DNA of 64,000 bases. It comes from Octopus vulgaris. Lineage: Eukaryota. The translations under genes and the position numbers were made by a program. This document shows, in pieces, positions 42,295-55,713 of this stretch. The notes beneath the pieces are model-generated. The model searched no databases, was not told the DNA's origin, and was given only the letters and a program-made list of their open reading frames with translations. Where the stretch lies: positions 101,246,001 to 101,310,000 of the forward strand of contig OX597823.1 of NCBI GenBank assembly GCA_951406725.2, given 5' to 3'. The first letter of the stretch is position 1. Each line of letters opens with the position of its first letter.

Positions 42295-42970
42295 ATCTCC
42301 TGCAACTCTTCTGGACGGCCTCCTTGTTTAAGTTGGTGAATGCTGCCATAATCCTTGCCTTCAGTTTATCTTTGGTATTACAAGGAGTTTTATTGGTCTC
42401 TCGCTCAACTGCGCTCCACACATAATCAAGGGGGTGGCAGTCTGGGAACTTAGGTAGCCAGATGTTAGGGGTGATGTGGTCGCAGAAATTGTCTGGAAGC
42501 CATGACTGAGTTCTCCTGCTTGTGAAGCATGGTGCAGAATCCAGTTGTCAGACATAGGGTCTTCCAGCAGCCACCTTCTTGACCGATGGCGGCACTCCCT
42601 TCTCCAGGCACTTGATATACGCCTCCGTTTTGAGTCTGAGGCCATGTGGGGAGATTAATGCATAACGCCGCCATCATTAGTGATCACTCCAAACACCATG
42701 ATGTTGACTGGATGTTTGATTCTTATCACTCTCGGTACATATTGGAGCTTCTGACGTTTCCTATTGGAGCCTCCGGCGCGAATGCCAAGCTGTACAGCGT
42801 GTCGTTTCCAAATTTCTACCAGAGTGGATTGCGCCATGGTGCTGTTTTTTGTCACAGACGGTGCCCAACTGACCCTACTATACTGTGTAGTCGACAAAAT
42901 CAAAAACATACAATGCGCATGCGCGAAATTAAAAATATGAAACGGCAACATTACCTGTCGCGCCCTGTAT
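42295..42970 (-). mobile_element. Internally deleted Tc1/mariner-superfamily element
   Basis: [15 protein letters not shown], then a SPDC.PLDYVWSAVER-like motif. TA-CAGGGCGCGAC terminus at ~42970. Confidence 0.8.
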
Positions 42971-43019
42971 ATGTGGTGTGTGTGTGTGTCTATGTAGAAC
43001 AAAAAAGGAACTACCTATG

Positions 43020-43200
<181 letters not shown>

Positions 43201-43336
43201 ATATATACATATGCGTGAGTGAGTACTTATGTATGAGCGATGTTTACAGATATGTGCGTGCGTTCGTGTGTGTGTGTGTGTGTGTGAGAGTGTGTATGTG
43301 TGTGTGTGTGTGTGCGTGTATGTGTGTGTGTGTGTG

Positions 43337-43373
<37 letters not shown>

Positions 43374-43630
43374 ATGTGTGTGTATGTTGTATCTTTTAGT
43401 CAGAATGTAAAGGCAATGTCCGTGACCCTTTACATGGCCTCTAAGATTAGTGGGTAGAAGGAAGGTATCCTAAGACACCGAAGGCCCTGACCTGAATGCT
43501 TGCAAGGGAGTGAACTAACCCAAAGGCACCGTAGGTGCTTGGCGTTCATGTTAATCCAAACGATCTTTATACACACCCGCGCACCCAACACGCACATGCA
43601 CACTCACATACTCTTGTGTAGATATGTGTG

Positions 43631-43689
<59 letters not shown>

Positions 43690-43735
43690 ATGTATATCTA
43701 TCAATTTCGCTCTCTCTCTCTATTTCTCTCCCCCC

Positions 43736-43770
<35 letters not shown>

Positions 43771-46423
43771 CATACATATAGTTATGTAGCTAAGTATATG
43801 AAGAATGTAAATATGTTTACTGATCGCATGTGTTGCGTTTAATATTTCGAACATCTGTCGAAGCCAGGTCGTGCGGTGCGATTTGACCTCGCTGTGTCAA
43901 AAGGAAGTAAACTGATCACGTGCACCAACTTCATATTTCTAAAGACAGACTCAGCTGTGAATCTAGTTTTTTTTTGTTTTTTTAGTCAATGTTGTTATTC
44001 TTTCTTTCTCCCTTCTTTTTTATTGTTGTTCTTTAATCCCTGTTATCAGCCCACGAAATCTCCTTTGGGGACAGACATTAAAAATACGGCAAGATTATCT
44101 TGTTTGCTGTAAGTTTTAAGGAACAAACTGTTGCTTTGATAATTAAAGCTTTCTCAATGACCAGAATAACTTCCTCATCCAACCTTAAAATATAATATTA
44201 CATTCTTAAGGTCAAATTTATCTTATTATTATCATAGTTTTTAAAAAATATTCTCTGTATATTTAGTGAATCTATCGTTTTCAGAGCAGTAGAGTTTGAG
44301 ATAAAAAGCTTTGACGAACTGGAAGCACGTCAGAACGTCAGACAAAATATCTTGCTGCATTTATCCCAGATCTTTAAGCTCTGAGCTCAAATCCTTCCTA
44401 GGTTAACATTGCCTTTCATCCTTCTGGATCAATAAAATACAATACCAGTGAAGTTACGTTGTGGAGACAAATACATCGACTGACCAATTCCTCTAAAAAT
44501 TGATGGCCTTGTACCAAAGTTAGAAGCAATCATTAGAGCACTGAAAAATGCCTTATTTGTTGCGACCATTTACATTCTAAGCTCAAAATCTGTCTAGTTC
44601 AACCTTGTGTTTCATCCTTTCGTTGTCAATCAAGACTAGGGTCGATATAATCTCATTTTCCTCTCTCATAAAATTACTGGCGTTGTGGCAAAAATTAAAA
44701 AAGAATTACTATCATCAGTATTATTGTTGTTGTTAAGGCAGCGAGCTGACAGAATCGTTAGTCAAAATGCTGCCAAGGTTGACTCAGCCTTTCATCCTTT
44801 CAGGGGTGATGTAAACTCAAAGTAATTATGGTTAGTTCATATTATGATAGGTAGAAAAAAAAGTTTGTAGATCGATTTACATTTGATCCAGTCCCGCTGC
44901 CGAGACAGACAGCCAGACAAACAGATAGACCAAATTACAGTATGAAATCATGATTCTGAAAGAGTAACTGACTCTTTTTACTATTTTGAAATGTATTCAT
45001 AAAACTTCGATTTTTCGGTATATCTGCATAGGATAATGCAAGCGATTTCAAAGAACATAACTCAGTGGTGAATTCAGGCATCAGAACAATCACATAACAT
45101 TTCCTTCAAAGAGTTTCTAATGCACAGGGACCAATTAAACCTTTTTTAATGCTTCTTAAAAATCTCAACTTAATGGAAGTCCGAAACAGGTTACTTCGAA
45201 GAAAAAGAGGTTAAAATTGTCGAGATTAAGATCCGAATTCTCAAAAATGTTCCTTATTAAATTCTTCAAATTCACACGGAGAATATAAAACTAGAGAATG
45301 CGATATTATAGTTGTAAAAATATTATGACACGCTATTATTATTTACTCTCGGGTCAACCCTGATAGAACAGGTCTATGGCCAAAGGCTTTCCTGCCATAA
45401 CTATTCCATGGTATTCTATATCAGAGGACTATATTGTCCAACAGATTAGGATTTACGGCCGATTTAGATGTTATTTCTAGCAAGATAAGTGACTACACAC
45501 ACGATTAGCTGGACAAATCTTTGCAGCCTTTGTTTGGGTCTTTAACGTTCTGAATCCAAATTCCGCTGGGGTCACCTTTGGCTTTCGTCCCTCCGGAGTC
45601 GATAAAATAAAAGTACTGATCAATTACTGGTGGTGATGATATCGACTAGTTCTTACCCTTCATAATTGCTGGCCTTGTGCCAACATTAGAAACAACTGTG
45701 ATTGATGTGAGTATTAATCACATACATCACGGAGTATGTTTCACTTTAAAAAACACAGTCTATTAGTAAAATTAACCAGGGTTAATTTTATTGCAACTGT
45801 GTTAATAAATCTCTTATTATAAAAGGCAGATTTTATCTGCCTCCCTTTGGGAGTTATAGAAATCTACAATATAGGATTTCTTCAATTACAATTTACCTAG
45901 CATTTTTAAGAATAGAATGCATCGGGTCATGCCAGGTCCAGTTTTTAAAATTTAAACTCCAATTAAGCAAAATTTACAGAAAACTCACATTCTGGTGTGT
46001 ATGTCAAATGCTTTTCTTAGTCTGGTTTACAGCACACGCAAACGCACACACACAGTGTGCAACGAATAAAGTGAAACTAGATGTAATATTTAAAAAGAAA
46101 GCAGCAAACAGAAACAAATAAATACATAATGATTTAATCCTCACACAATTTCTTCAATTAGACTTTACCTATGATTTTTCAAAGAACTTTCATTGGTTCA
46201 TGCCATACAAAATTTCTTTCAATTTCACCCCCAATTAAGACAAAATTCGAGAAAACTCAATATTTTAACATTTCACTTTGAAGCCTTTACTCTGCCTATT
46301 ACTCCAACTTCCTCTTTAGACACATAGACACGCTAATATATACGACAGTGTCAATTGTTGACAGACATTGTAAGCTAACGTGTGTGTGTGTCTGTGTGTG
46401 TGTGTGCGTGTGTCTGTGCGTGT

Positions 46424-46454
<31 letters not shown>

Positions 46455-46974
46455 ACAGGGGTGAGCCATTCAGACTGGTCATCCATTTTGGCGAGAAGAT
46501 CCCTTATCGTCTTTTATGCTACACCACTGGTTTTCAGTTCAAGAAGGACTATTCATTATAATACATCAGTTCCACACATTTACCCTGGATTCCATTTCGG
46601 ACAACTGCACAAACATTTGCCATTTCACACATGTATGTAAACAAATTCCTTTCTTTAAAATATTTCAATTCATTTTCTTTTTTCAATTTACGTTTCTATA
46701 CACTTTACGCAAATATTTGATTAAACAACTAAAACACTTCACATTTCGAACATGTACGTAAACTACTTCCTTTATTGCAAATCTAACTTTCTTTTCTGGC
46801 TTTTAACTCAAATTTCTATACATTTTACACACTCTGTCGCTATACTTGCATAAAAAATTTCTTTCAGCTGCTAATATTTATTTCTTTTCCTTCCACGCTT
46901 TACATTTTTCCACATTTCATTCAAATTACAATTTCTATCTTTAAGTAACTTTCACCCTTTCTTTTTCACATAAA

Positions 46975-49900
46975 ATGCCACCGAAAAAGAGAAGTCACAT
47001 CGGCCGCCATACTGCAGCAGCAGCTGCGAAAAAGGCGAAGCGCAGCGCCATAAACGCTTCTGCTGTTGCTGCACAAAGGGCTTCAGAGGACCCACAACAA
47101 AGGGCCACTCGACTGGCTACAAACGCTGCGGTTGCTTCATACGATGCTGCTTCCACGGCTTCAGACGGTCCGGAAACAAGGTCGAAGCGCAGCGCCATAA
47201 AGGCTTCTGCTGTTGCTGCACAAAGGGCTTCAGAGGACCCACAACAAAGGGCCACTCGACTGGCTACAAACGCTGCGGTTGCTTCATACGATGCTGCTTC
47301 CACGGCTTCAGACGGTCCGGAAACAAGGTCGAAGCGCAACGCCATAAACGCTTCTGCTGTTGCTGCACAAAGGGCTTCAGAGGACCCACAACAAAGGGCC
47401 ACTCGACTGGCTACAAACGCTGCGGTTGCTTCATACGATGCTGCTTCCACGGCTTCAGACGGTCCGGAAACAAGGTCGAAGCGCAGCGCCATAAAGGCTT
47501 CTGCTGTTGCTGCACAAAGGGCTTCAGAGGACCCACAACAAAGGGCCACTCGACTGGCTACAAACGCTGCGGTTGCTTCATACGATGCTGCTTCCACGGC
47601 TTCAGACGGTCCGGAAACAAGGTCGAAGCGCAGCGCCATAAAGGCTTCTGCTGTTGCTGCACAAAGGGCTTCAGAGGACCCACAACAAAGGGCCACTCGA
47701 CTGGCTACAAACGCTGCGGCTACTGCTGCTTCAACATTTTCGACACATTCCCACGACTCAGACCAGCAACGTTCTACATTCCAGCGGAACAGTCGACGCC
47801 GCGGTCTGACGAGTCCAAACAGACCTTACTGGCATCTACGTGCTTTCAAGTATGAGCCCAACTTCAATTACTCGATGCACGCTGACATAAATATTGGGGA
47901 AATGTTCTTCAATTGACAATTCTGCAATGCTAAAAAGTGGGCTGGGGAACCACCTGCGATGTGCTGCTTAAACGGTAAGGTCAGCTTGCCCCCTCTTCGG
48001 GAGCTGCCAGACCCTTTGAAGGAATTACTTACTGGTTCCACCTCAAGGTCATCAAAATTCCTTCAACTCATCAGGAAATACAATTGTGCATTTCAGATGA
48101 CTTCTTTCGGGGCTAACGTTGTCAGAGAAACTGATTGGATGCCTACTTTCAAGGTCCAGGGCCAGGTGTACCACCTTATTGGGTCACTCCAGCCACTACA
48201 ACATTGCAAACCTTCGTTCCTTCAAATTTATTTTATTACAAATTATAATAGGCAACTTGGTTTGCGTTTCGACGTAATTCCACAACATGCAAACACTAAC
48301 GCTGACAATTTCGACAGGGACGTGCTGCTCACTCTGCAAAACATGCTTCATGACCACAACAGCTATATTCGCAGTTTCAAATACGCCTTGGAAACAGCCC
48401 CTTCACCAACATTCACCATTGTCATCGATGCTGACAAAAGGCCTTCTGGGGAGCACGCGCGGTGATATAACGCTCCTTCGTGCAATGAAGTGGCCATAGT
48501 TCTCCATGGTGAACAGCACAAGCAGCGGGACATATTTCTTCAAAGCCGCGACAGTGGTCTTCAGCGTATTAATGAGTCGCATCGGTCATATGACGCCCTG
48601 CAGTATCCCCTTCTTTTTACGTATGGAGAAGACGGGTACCATTTCGGCATTCCTCACCACAAACCAAACGAGCCCTCGGCTGCGACATCTAAAACTGTTT
48701 CATGTATGGCTTTTTACTCATACCGCTTCATGACAAGGCATAATGATTTCAACCCCCTGCACAGATCACGGCAACTGTTTCACCAGTTTGCAGTTGAGAT
48801 GGCTGCAAAGATGGAGTCCGAGAGACTGGGCTTCATCAAATTGAATCAGAAGCAGCTGCGCTCAGACTCCTACATCCATTTGCGTGATGGCATCAGGAAT
48901 GACACTGACGCCCGCAATATCGGCAAAATGTGCATTCTCCCCTCAACCTATACAGGGGGCCCACGGTACATGCACGAGCGAACACAAGACGCTATGACTT
49001 ACGTTCGGCATTATGGGCGACCCGATTTATTCATTACCTTTACATGTAACCCAAAGTGGGTTGAGGTAACGCGAGAACTTCTCCCAAGGCAGCAGTACTG
49101 TCATTGCCATGATATTATTGCAAGGGTTTTCAGGCAGAAACTGGCTAAGCTCATTCTTTTAATAAAAAAAGGCCAGGTTTTTGGGCCTGTTAACTGCCAC
49201 ATGTATACTGTTGAGTGGCAGAAAAGAGGGTTGCCACATGCGCACATTTTGCTTTGGTTGGTCAACAAAATAGACCCAACAGTTCTTGATGATCTCATTG
49301 CAGCAGAAATTCCGGACCCAACTGTTGACCGGCACCTGTACGACATTGTGAAAGCACACATGGTACACGGTCCGTGCGGTCCTGGTTTTCAAAAGTTCTC
49401 CTCATGCCACAAAGACCACGTGTGCACTAAACGGTACCCAAAGAGGTTCGTGGACGAGACCCTGACCGGCCGCGACGGATACCCACTGTACAGAAGAAGG
49501 CACCCTGACAATGGTGGATTCACTATAACGTTACGGGGTCATCAAGTGGATAATAGGTGGGTACTGTCCATTTCTGATGAAAACTTTTAACGCTCACATA
49601 AATGTGGAGTTCTGTCATTCAGTCAAGTCTATAAAGTATATATGCAAATATGTTAACAAGGGTTCTGACGCTGCCATGTTTGGCCTTCAAAAGGACAATA
49701 GCATGGACGAGGTGTCACAGTACATGGCAGGTCGGTACATAAGCAGTGGTGAAGCTTTTTGGCGGATATTCGGGTTTCCACTTCACCAAAGGCACCCCGC
49801 CATCATACAACTAGCGGTTCATTTGGAAAATGGCCAACGAATTTACTTTACTGAACAGACTGCAGCTGATTTGGCGGCAAATCCAAAACAAACAACTTTG

Positions 49901-51982
49901 ACCGGTTTCTTTAGGCTTTGCCAACTTGACACATTTGCTAAAACACTTTTATACCCTCAGGTCCCGTCCTACTACGTGTAGTCAAACAACAATTGGGTGC
50001 GTAGGAAGTCGGGTCAGGATGTTGAAGGACATCCTGGTGTCAAGTTTAACAGTTGTCTAGGAAGAGTCTACACTGTACCTCCAAACCAACATGACTGTTT
50101 TCACCTGCGCCTTCTCCTCCATGAGGTTTTAGGCCTACAAAGTTTTCAAGACATCAGAACTGTTGATGGTGTATTATGTGATACTTTCCGTGAAGCCTGT
50201 TTTCGGCGTCGTCTTTTGGAGGATGATTCACAATGGGGCGCCACTATGGCAGAAGGTGTTTCATTAAAATCTCCTAAAAAAATCAGATCGCTTTTCGCTA
50301 TTCTATTACTATGGTGTGACTTGGCTAATCCCGCCTCTTTATGGCTTACCTACAAAGATGATATGTCTGAAGATTTCCTGCATCACGCTCAATCGCTACA
50401 TCCATCAATGGAGGTCGGGTACACTGACCTCATTTACAACAGGGCGCTGCTTGAAATCGAAGATACTGTACTCGATATGGGCGGTAGTGCCTTGCCGGTC
50501 TATGGCCTACCTTCAACAAACCGGGAAGGCACAAACACTCTGTCTTCACATTTGCTGCGTGAGACATGTTTTAATGTTGACGAGCTTGCCGAGTACATAG
50601 CCGACAATGAGCCAAAGCTCTTTCCAGAACAGAAGTTCGCTTACAACTCCGTTGTTAATTCAGTCCGGGCCAAAGCTGGGGACATTTTTTTCCTGGACGC
50701 TCCTGGGGGCACTGGGAAAACTTTTGTCAACAAATTAATATTGGCTGAGATAAGGCGAACACAAGGCATTGCCCTAGCTGTGGCATCATCTGGAATTGCG
50801 GCTACTTTGTTGCCAGGCGGCAGGACAGCTCACTCTACTTTCAAACTCCCACTTGACTTAGCGAAGACTGAGACACCAACTTGCAACATCAGTAACAGCT
50901 CCGATCAGGCAGAAGTCTTCAGACGATGCAAGCTTATCGTTTGGGATGAATGCACGATGGCCCACAGAGGTGCTCTTGAGGCACTAGATAGATCTCTCAG
51001 AGACATCAAACACTCTTCAGCTCCCATGGGAGGCATAACACTTCTTCTTTCAGGGGACTTCCGACAAACACTTCCCGTTATTCCCAAAGGGACTAGAGCT
51101 GATGCTGTAAGTGCGTGTCTTAAGTCATCCACATTGTGGCCACTGGTGAAGACTCTCAAACTTCACACCAATATGCGTGCTCATATGCGACGTGATATCA
51201 CATCAGCAGCATTTTCTCACACCCTCCTTGCACTTGGCGAAGGCAAAATACCAGGGGATGAAAATGGTAATATTGCCATCGATTCCATTTGTACCATTGT
51301 TAACACGCCTTCTGATCTCAGAGATGCAGTCTTCCCAGATCTACAAGCTAATTATCAGAATATGGATTGGATTGGCCAAAGGGCTATTCTGGCCCCGAGG
51401 AATAAAACTGTTCACCATATTAATGATGAAATGCTAAAACTCATTCCTGGGGATGTCTATGTATATAAGTCTATTGATACAACTCCTGACCCAGACGACG
51501 TCATCAATTATCCAATAGAGGTACTCAATTCCTTTGAGCCCCCCGGACTACCACCACACATTCTCAAACTTAAAGTTGGTGCCCCTATAATGCTCATTAG
51601 AAATTTGGTTCTCCCAAAACAATGTAATGGCACACGTTTGATCGTTAAGTCCTTATCTCCCAATCTGATTGAGGCCACCATTATCACAGGGTGCGGTCGA
51701 GGCAACGTTGTGCTCATACCTAGGATGCATCTTTTCCCATCAGGAGCAGACCTACCTTTCATATTTCGGAGGTCCCAGTTCCCAGTAAGGCCATGTTTCG
51801 CAATGTCAATTAACAAAGCGCAGGGTCAAACACTGTCTGTGGCAGGAATACATTTGGGAGAGCCATGTTTCTCTCATGGTCAGCTTTATGTTGGCTGCTC
51901 ACGTGTCGGCAGCAACAGTGATGCTTTCGCATTCCTTCCACAACGAAAAACAAAAAACATTGTGTACAAGGAGGTTTTATAG
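46975..51982 (+). pseudogene. Helitron Rep/Hel transposase (HUH-Y2 Rep plus PIF1-family SF1B helicase), disrupted
   Basis: PDLFITFTCNPKW, VEWQKRGLPHAHILL, KYICKYVNKG, DAPGGTGKT, IVWDEC, GDFRQTLPV, FAMSINKAQGQTL and HGQLYVGCSRV motifs. In-frame stops at 47914, 48463 and 49979; one frameshift near 49560. Confidence 0.93.
47036..47720 (+). repeat. 147-bp (49-aa) near-identical tandem repeat, ~4.6 copies, at the Rep/Hel N-terminus
   Basis: GAAGCGCAGCGCC recurs at 47037, 47184 and onward with period 147. Confidence 0.95.
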
Positions 51983-53340
51983 GATTACTACGTTTCATCA
52001 TTTTCAAACACGTTAGTATTTCACTTACATACGACTCTCTTTTATGACGGCATTTACATTTCTAGGCGTTTCATTACATTAATTCACACTTAACCAACAC
52101 CTGTCCTTCGCTCAACTCTATTTCTATCCATTCATCATCAATCCACCAGCCTCATCTTCTATATCCAACGTACATGACACATCTACCCCCTACATCTACA
52201 CTCTCATTGTTAAAGTTTACATGAGCGACAACACGATCGCAACATACACTTTCGAAACTAATCAACAGATCATTTTATACAACAACAAATTTAATCAAAA
52301 CGCCCATCAATGAAAACATCTCCACCACTGTATTGTGATTCACCTAATCAGCACCACTACAGTCTTGCCGGTCTGACATATGGTGAGTAGATGCTATTGT
52401 TCTATATTTTATAAATTACACATATTTACTTACCCATGCTTCATTCCTCTCTTGCCTACATATGAAATCCACTCTCTTTTAACACAGCATCAAGTTTTGG
52501 AACAGCACATCCGCTGCCGTTCGTGCAAAACGAAGAGACCCTATTCACCTGCGAACGTTTTACATCGCCTTCCACGACTATCAAATTCTTACAATTATGA
52601 GAACAATAACATGGCTCATTTCAAGGCAACCTCACATTCAATTCTTACACCATTCTACGAGGGGGTAGGAACACCTTTACATGGCTTTCTATACACTTAC
52701 AAATACATTCATTCGCCGTGAACTTATATCAATATTTGCCTGAATAATCATCATAATTCAGTGCAATCATTAACAGTACTTTCAAGCAATTCAGCCCCGA
52801 GCAACGCCGGGCAATTCTGCTAGTATATAATACTTTCTAATAAATAATGAAACATTTTCTTCCTCTTTTTCTCTTTTTGGTTATTGTATTTGTTTAATAG
52901 TCTCGCCATTTCTTCCAAACATTGAAATATATCCTGTTAATATAATTTGTTTCTATTAGTATTATAGCTATTTTATAGTCACACCCTTTACCAACACAGA
53001 AATATATCATGTTAATCATGTGTACAAAAGATCATTGAATCAATACTGTAAAGAGCGAATTTACAAAGTTTACAGACTGTTATGGTGTAATTTTCTGGAC
53101 CTTGCCTATAACCACTCTCACTGGTAATTTCCCGATGTAATAGCAGCAGGAATCATTATTTATCGTTCAGATGTTACAATTACAAATGAAACAATGCCTA
53201 AACTGACAAAATTCTTAGCTTCTTTGACTGTTTTTGAATGCAACAATAGTCTTGTCATTGTTTGCGACTATCTCAATTTATTATGACACCAGGTTATTAC
53301 CGAATTCTCTTTTGTTTGGCTAGCAAAACTGCTTTAGGCA

Positions 53341-53403
<63 letters not shown>

Positions 53404-53588
53404 GGTGAGAGAAAGAGATGGATGTAGGGAGCTGAGAAGGGTAGGAGGTGGTATATTCGGTCGAGCAACCGAATACCCTGCGGTGTTTAACTACATTCTA
53501 TATGTTGTGAGTTCAAATATTATCCAGGGTTATTTTTATTTTATCTATCTACGGCCTATGGTAGGGGTAACACTGAAGTACTGAAGAA

Positions 53589-53621
<33 letters not shown>

Positions 53622-54289
53622 CAGACAGACAGACAGAGAGATTAATGGATTGATAGGAGCAGTTCAGTGACAGACAAAAAGCGCCGAGGTATTTATTTTA
53701 TAAAATTATTTCCCTTATATTTTGAGATGAAATTCAGCACGGGCCGACTATGCCTGTCATCATTTCCAGTATCGCTTCCTTTTTTTTTGTTGACCTGTAA
53801 GTCAACTGTAATTTATTAAATCTATGACTAAAGATAGTCTTGTCGTGGCCATCTCGTCTTTTTATCTATGTGTCATTTTCATATTTAAGACAATAAGCAG
53901 TGATTTGAGAGAGACTAAGCTGCTATTTCTAGTCGGCTGATCGAATGAATCGTGTACTGGTTATGGCTCCTCTTTTGAAATGTCTCGTCATGCTTCAACA
54001 TGTTGGAAGGGTTTGGGGTGGAGTGCGGTGTGGAAGTTTCAGATACAGAGTATTCACTACCTTTCATGTTGCAAATTATCTAATGTAAACTTAACATTAT
54101 ATTGAGTTCAAGTATGAGGAGACATTTCAAAAAGAGAAGCAATACTTTATGGTATCGACCTTGGAAATTTTTAATTGATTTTAAATTGATATTAATCAAA
54201 TTAATATTCAATTTTTCACCCTTAATATTTTTAATTTATACATAATACATACATACATACATACATACATACATACATACATACATACA

Positions 54290-54325
<36 letters not shown>

Positions 54326-54386
54326 TATGATAGAAATATCATTATTTCTAATTCTCTTTAAAGGTGACTACGGCAGCGGTAATGGA

Positions 54387-54541
54387 TATTAATAGTTATT
54401 GCCAAGCTAACATGGCGGTCCAGAAAAATATGACGAACGCTGCCGCTAATTATCTCCAAGAGGCGATGGCCTCTTGGAATAATCAACGGCAGTATTCATC
54501 CTATTTCTCTGGACTGCCATGTTAGCTTGACGATAACTATT

Positions 54542-54545
<4 letters not shown>
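54387..54545. mobile_element. 159-bp imperfect palindrome (hairpin MITE-like)
   Basis: TATTAATAGTTATTGCCAAGCTAACATGGCGGTCCAGA ... TCTGGACTGCCATGTTAGCTTGACGATAACTATTAATA, with centre TCCAAGAGGC-GATG-GCCTCTTGGA. Confidence 0.75.
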
Positions 54546-54586
<41 letters not shown>

Positions 54587-54594
<8 letters not shown>

Positions 54595-55643
54595 ATGTAG
54601 GATAAAACTTTTTCGAAAAAAAAATTTTTTTTTCTCAATGGCCAGCATATTAAAAAATACTTTTAAAGGTTAAATTTATAAACAACTTATAAATAAAGGC
54701 AAACGAAAACATTTCTAATGCCAAATATGCCGAAATTAGACACATTGTCCATAACCATTATAAATTTTTCACAATACGCACGCTACTCAAAAAACGTCGA
54801 CAGAAATTTCTAAAAAATTCCATTATTACCATATCGGACCGATTTCAGGGTTAGTTCGTAAGAACCCTCCCTTCGTCAGTGATAAATGTGGCAAAGAAAT
54901 AAATGAGATACTTACTCATGCCCATGGAAGAAGCAAACACCAAGTCATGAGCACAATTAAGTACCCCAAATACATCCAAAATAGAAATATTCTAGCCCAT
55001 TTGAGACACGTGCGATTTGAACTGAGGCTCTCACAGAGTGAGAGAGTACGGAAGTGAAATTTATATTTAATGTAGGATAAAAATTTTTCAAAAAAAAAAA
55101 AAAAAATTCGCCATATTTGGCATTAGAAATTTTTTCGTTTGCCCTTATTTATAAATTGTTTATAAATTTAACCTTTAAATGTATCTTTTAATATGCTGGC
55201 CATTGATAAAATTTCTTCTTTTTTTTTCCAGAAAATTTTATCCTACATTAAATATAAATTTAACAGTGTTCACTTCCGGACTCTCTCACTCTGTGAGTGC
55301 CTCAGTTCAAATCGCACGTGTCTCAAATGGGCTAGAGAATTTCTATTTTGGATGTATTTGGGGTACTTAATTGTGCTCATGACTTAATGTTTGCTTCTTC
55401 CATGGGCATGAGTAAGTATCTCATTTATTTCTTTGCCACATTTATCACTGACGAAGGGAGGGTTCTTACGAACTAACCCTGAAATCGGTCCGATATGGTA
55501 ATAGTGGAATTTTTTAGAAATTTCTGTCGACGTTTTTTGAGTAGCGTGCGTATTGTGAAAAAATTATAATGGTTATGGACAATGTATCTAATTTCGGCAT
55601 ATTTGGCATTAGAAATGTTTTCGTTTGCCCTTATTTATAAGTT

Positions 55644-55651
<8 letters not shown>
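54587..55651. mobile_element. Head-to-head pair of >1-monomer copies of a ~480-bp non-coding HHR-bearing unit (retrozyme-like or tandem PLE terminal repeat)
   Basis: Left arm period 475 (TTTAATGTAGGATAAAA at 54591 and 55066). Right arm period 486 (CATATTTGGCATTAGAAAT at 55112 and 55598). The arms are reverse complements, with (TA)n flanks. Confidence 0.8.
55433..55501 (+). ncRNA. Type I hammerhead ribozyme motif with canonical core; mirror core at 54832-54884 on the minus strand
   Basis: TTGCCA-CATT-TATC A CTGACGA AGGG-AG-GGTTC-TTAC-GAACT-AA-CCCT GAA AT-CG-GT C C GATA TGGTAA. Bulged stem I, long stem II and a GUC triplet; A.C mismatch at the first pair of stem I. Confidence 0.75.

Positions 55652-55713
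<62 letters not shown>

Larger units (their letters stand above)
45810..52823 (+). mobile_element. Full-length Helitron (rolling-circle transposon), ~7.0 kb
   Basis: 5' end A|TCTCTTATTATAAAAGGCAG. 3' hairpin CCCGAGCAACGCCGGG followed by CTAG|T. No TSD. Internal Rep/Hel coding region. Confidence 0.93.

Noticed and set aside
46995-47696. 233-aa antisense ORF in the Helitron
   Set aside because: It is a by-product of a stop-free 147-bp tandem repeat.
49997-51982. Host PIF1 helicase gene
   Set aside because: It is contiguous with HUH Rep motifs and enclosed by Helitron termini.
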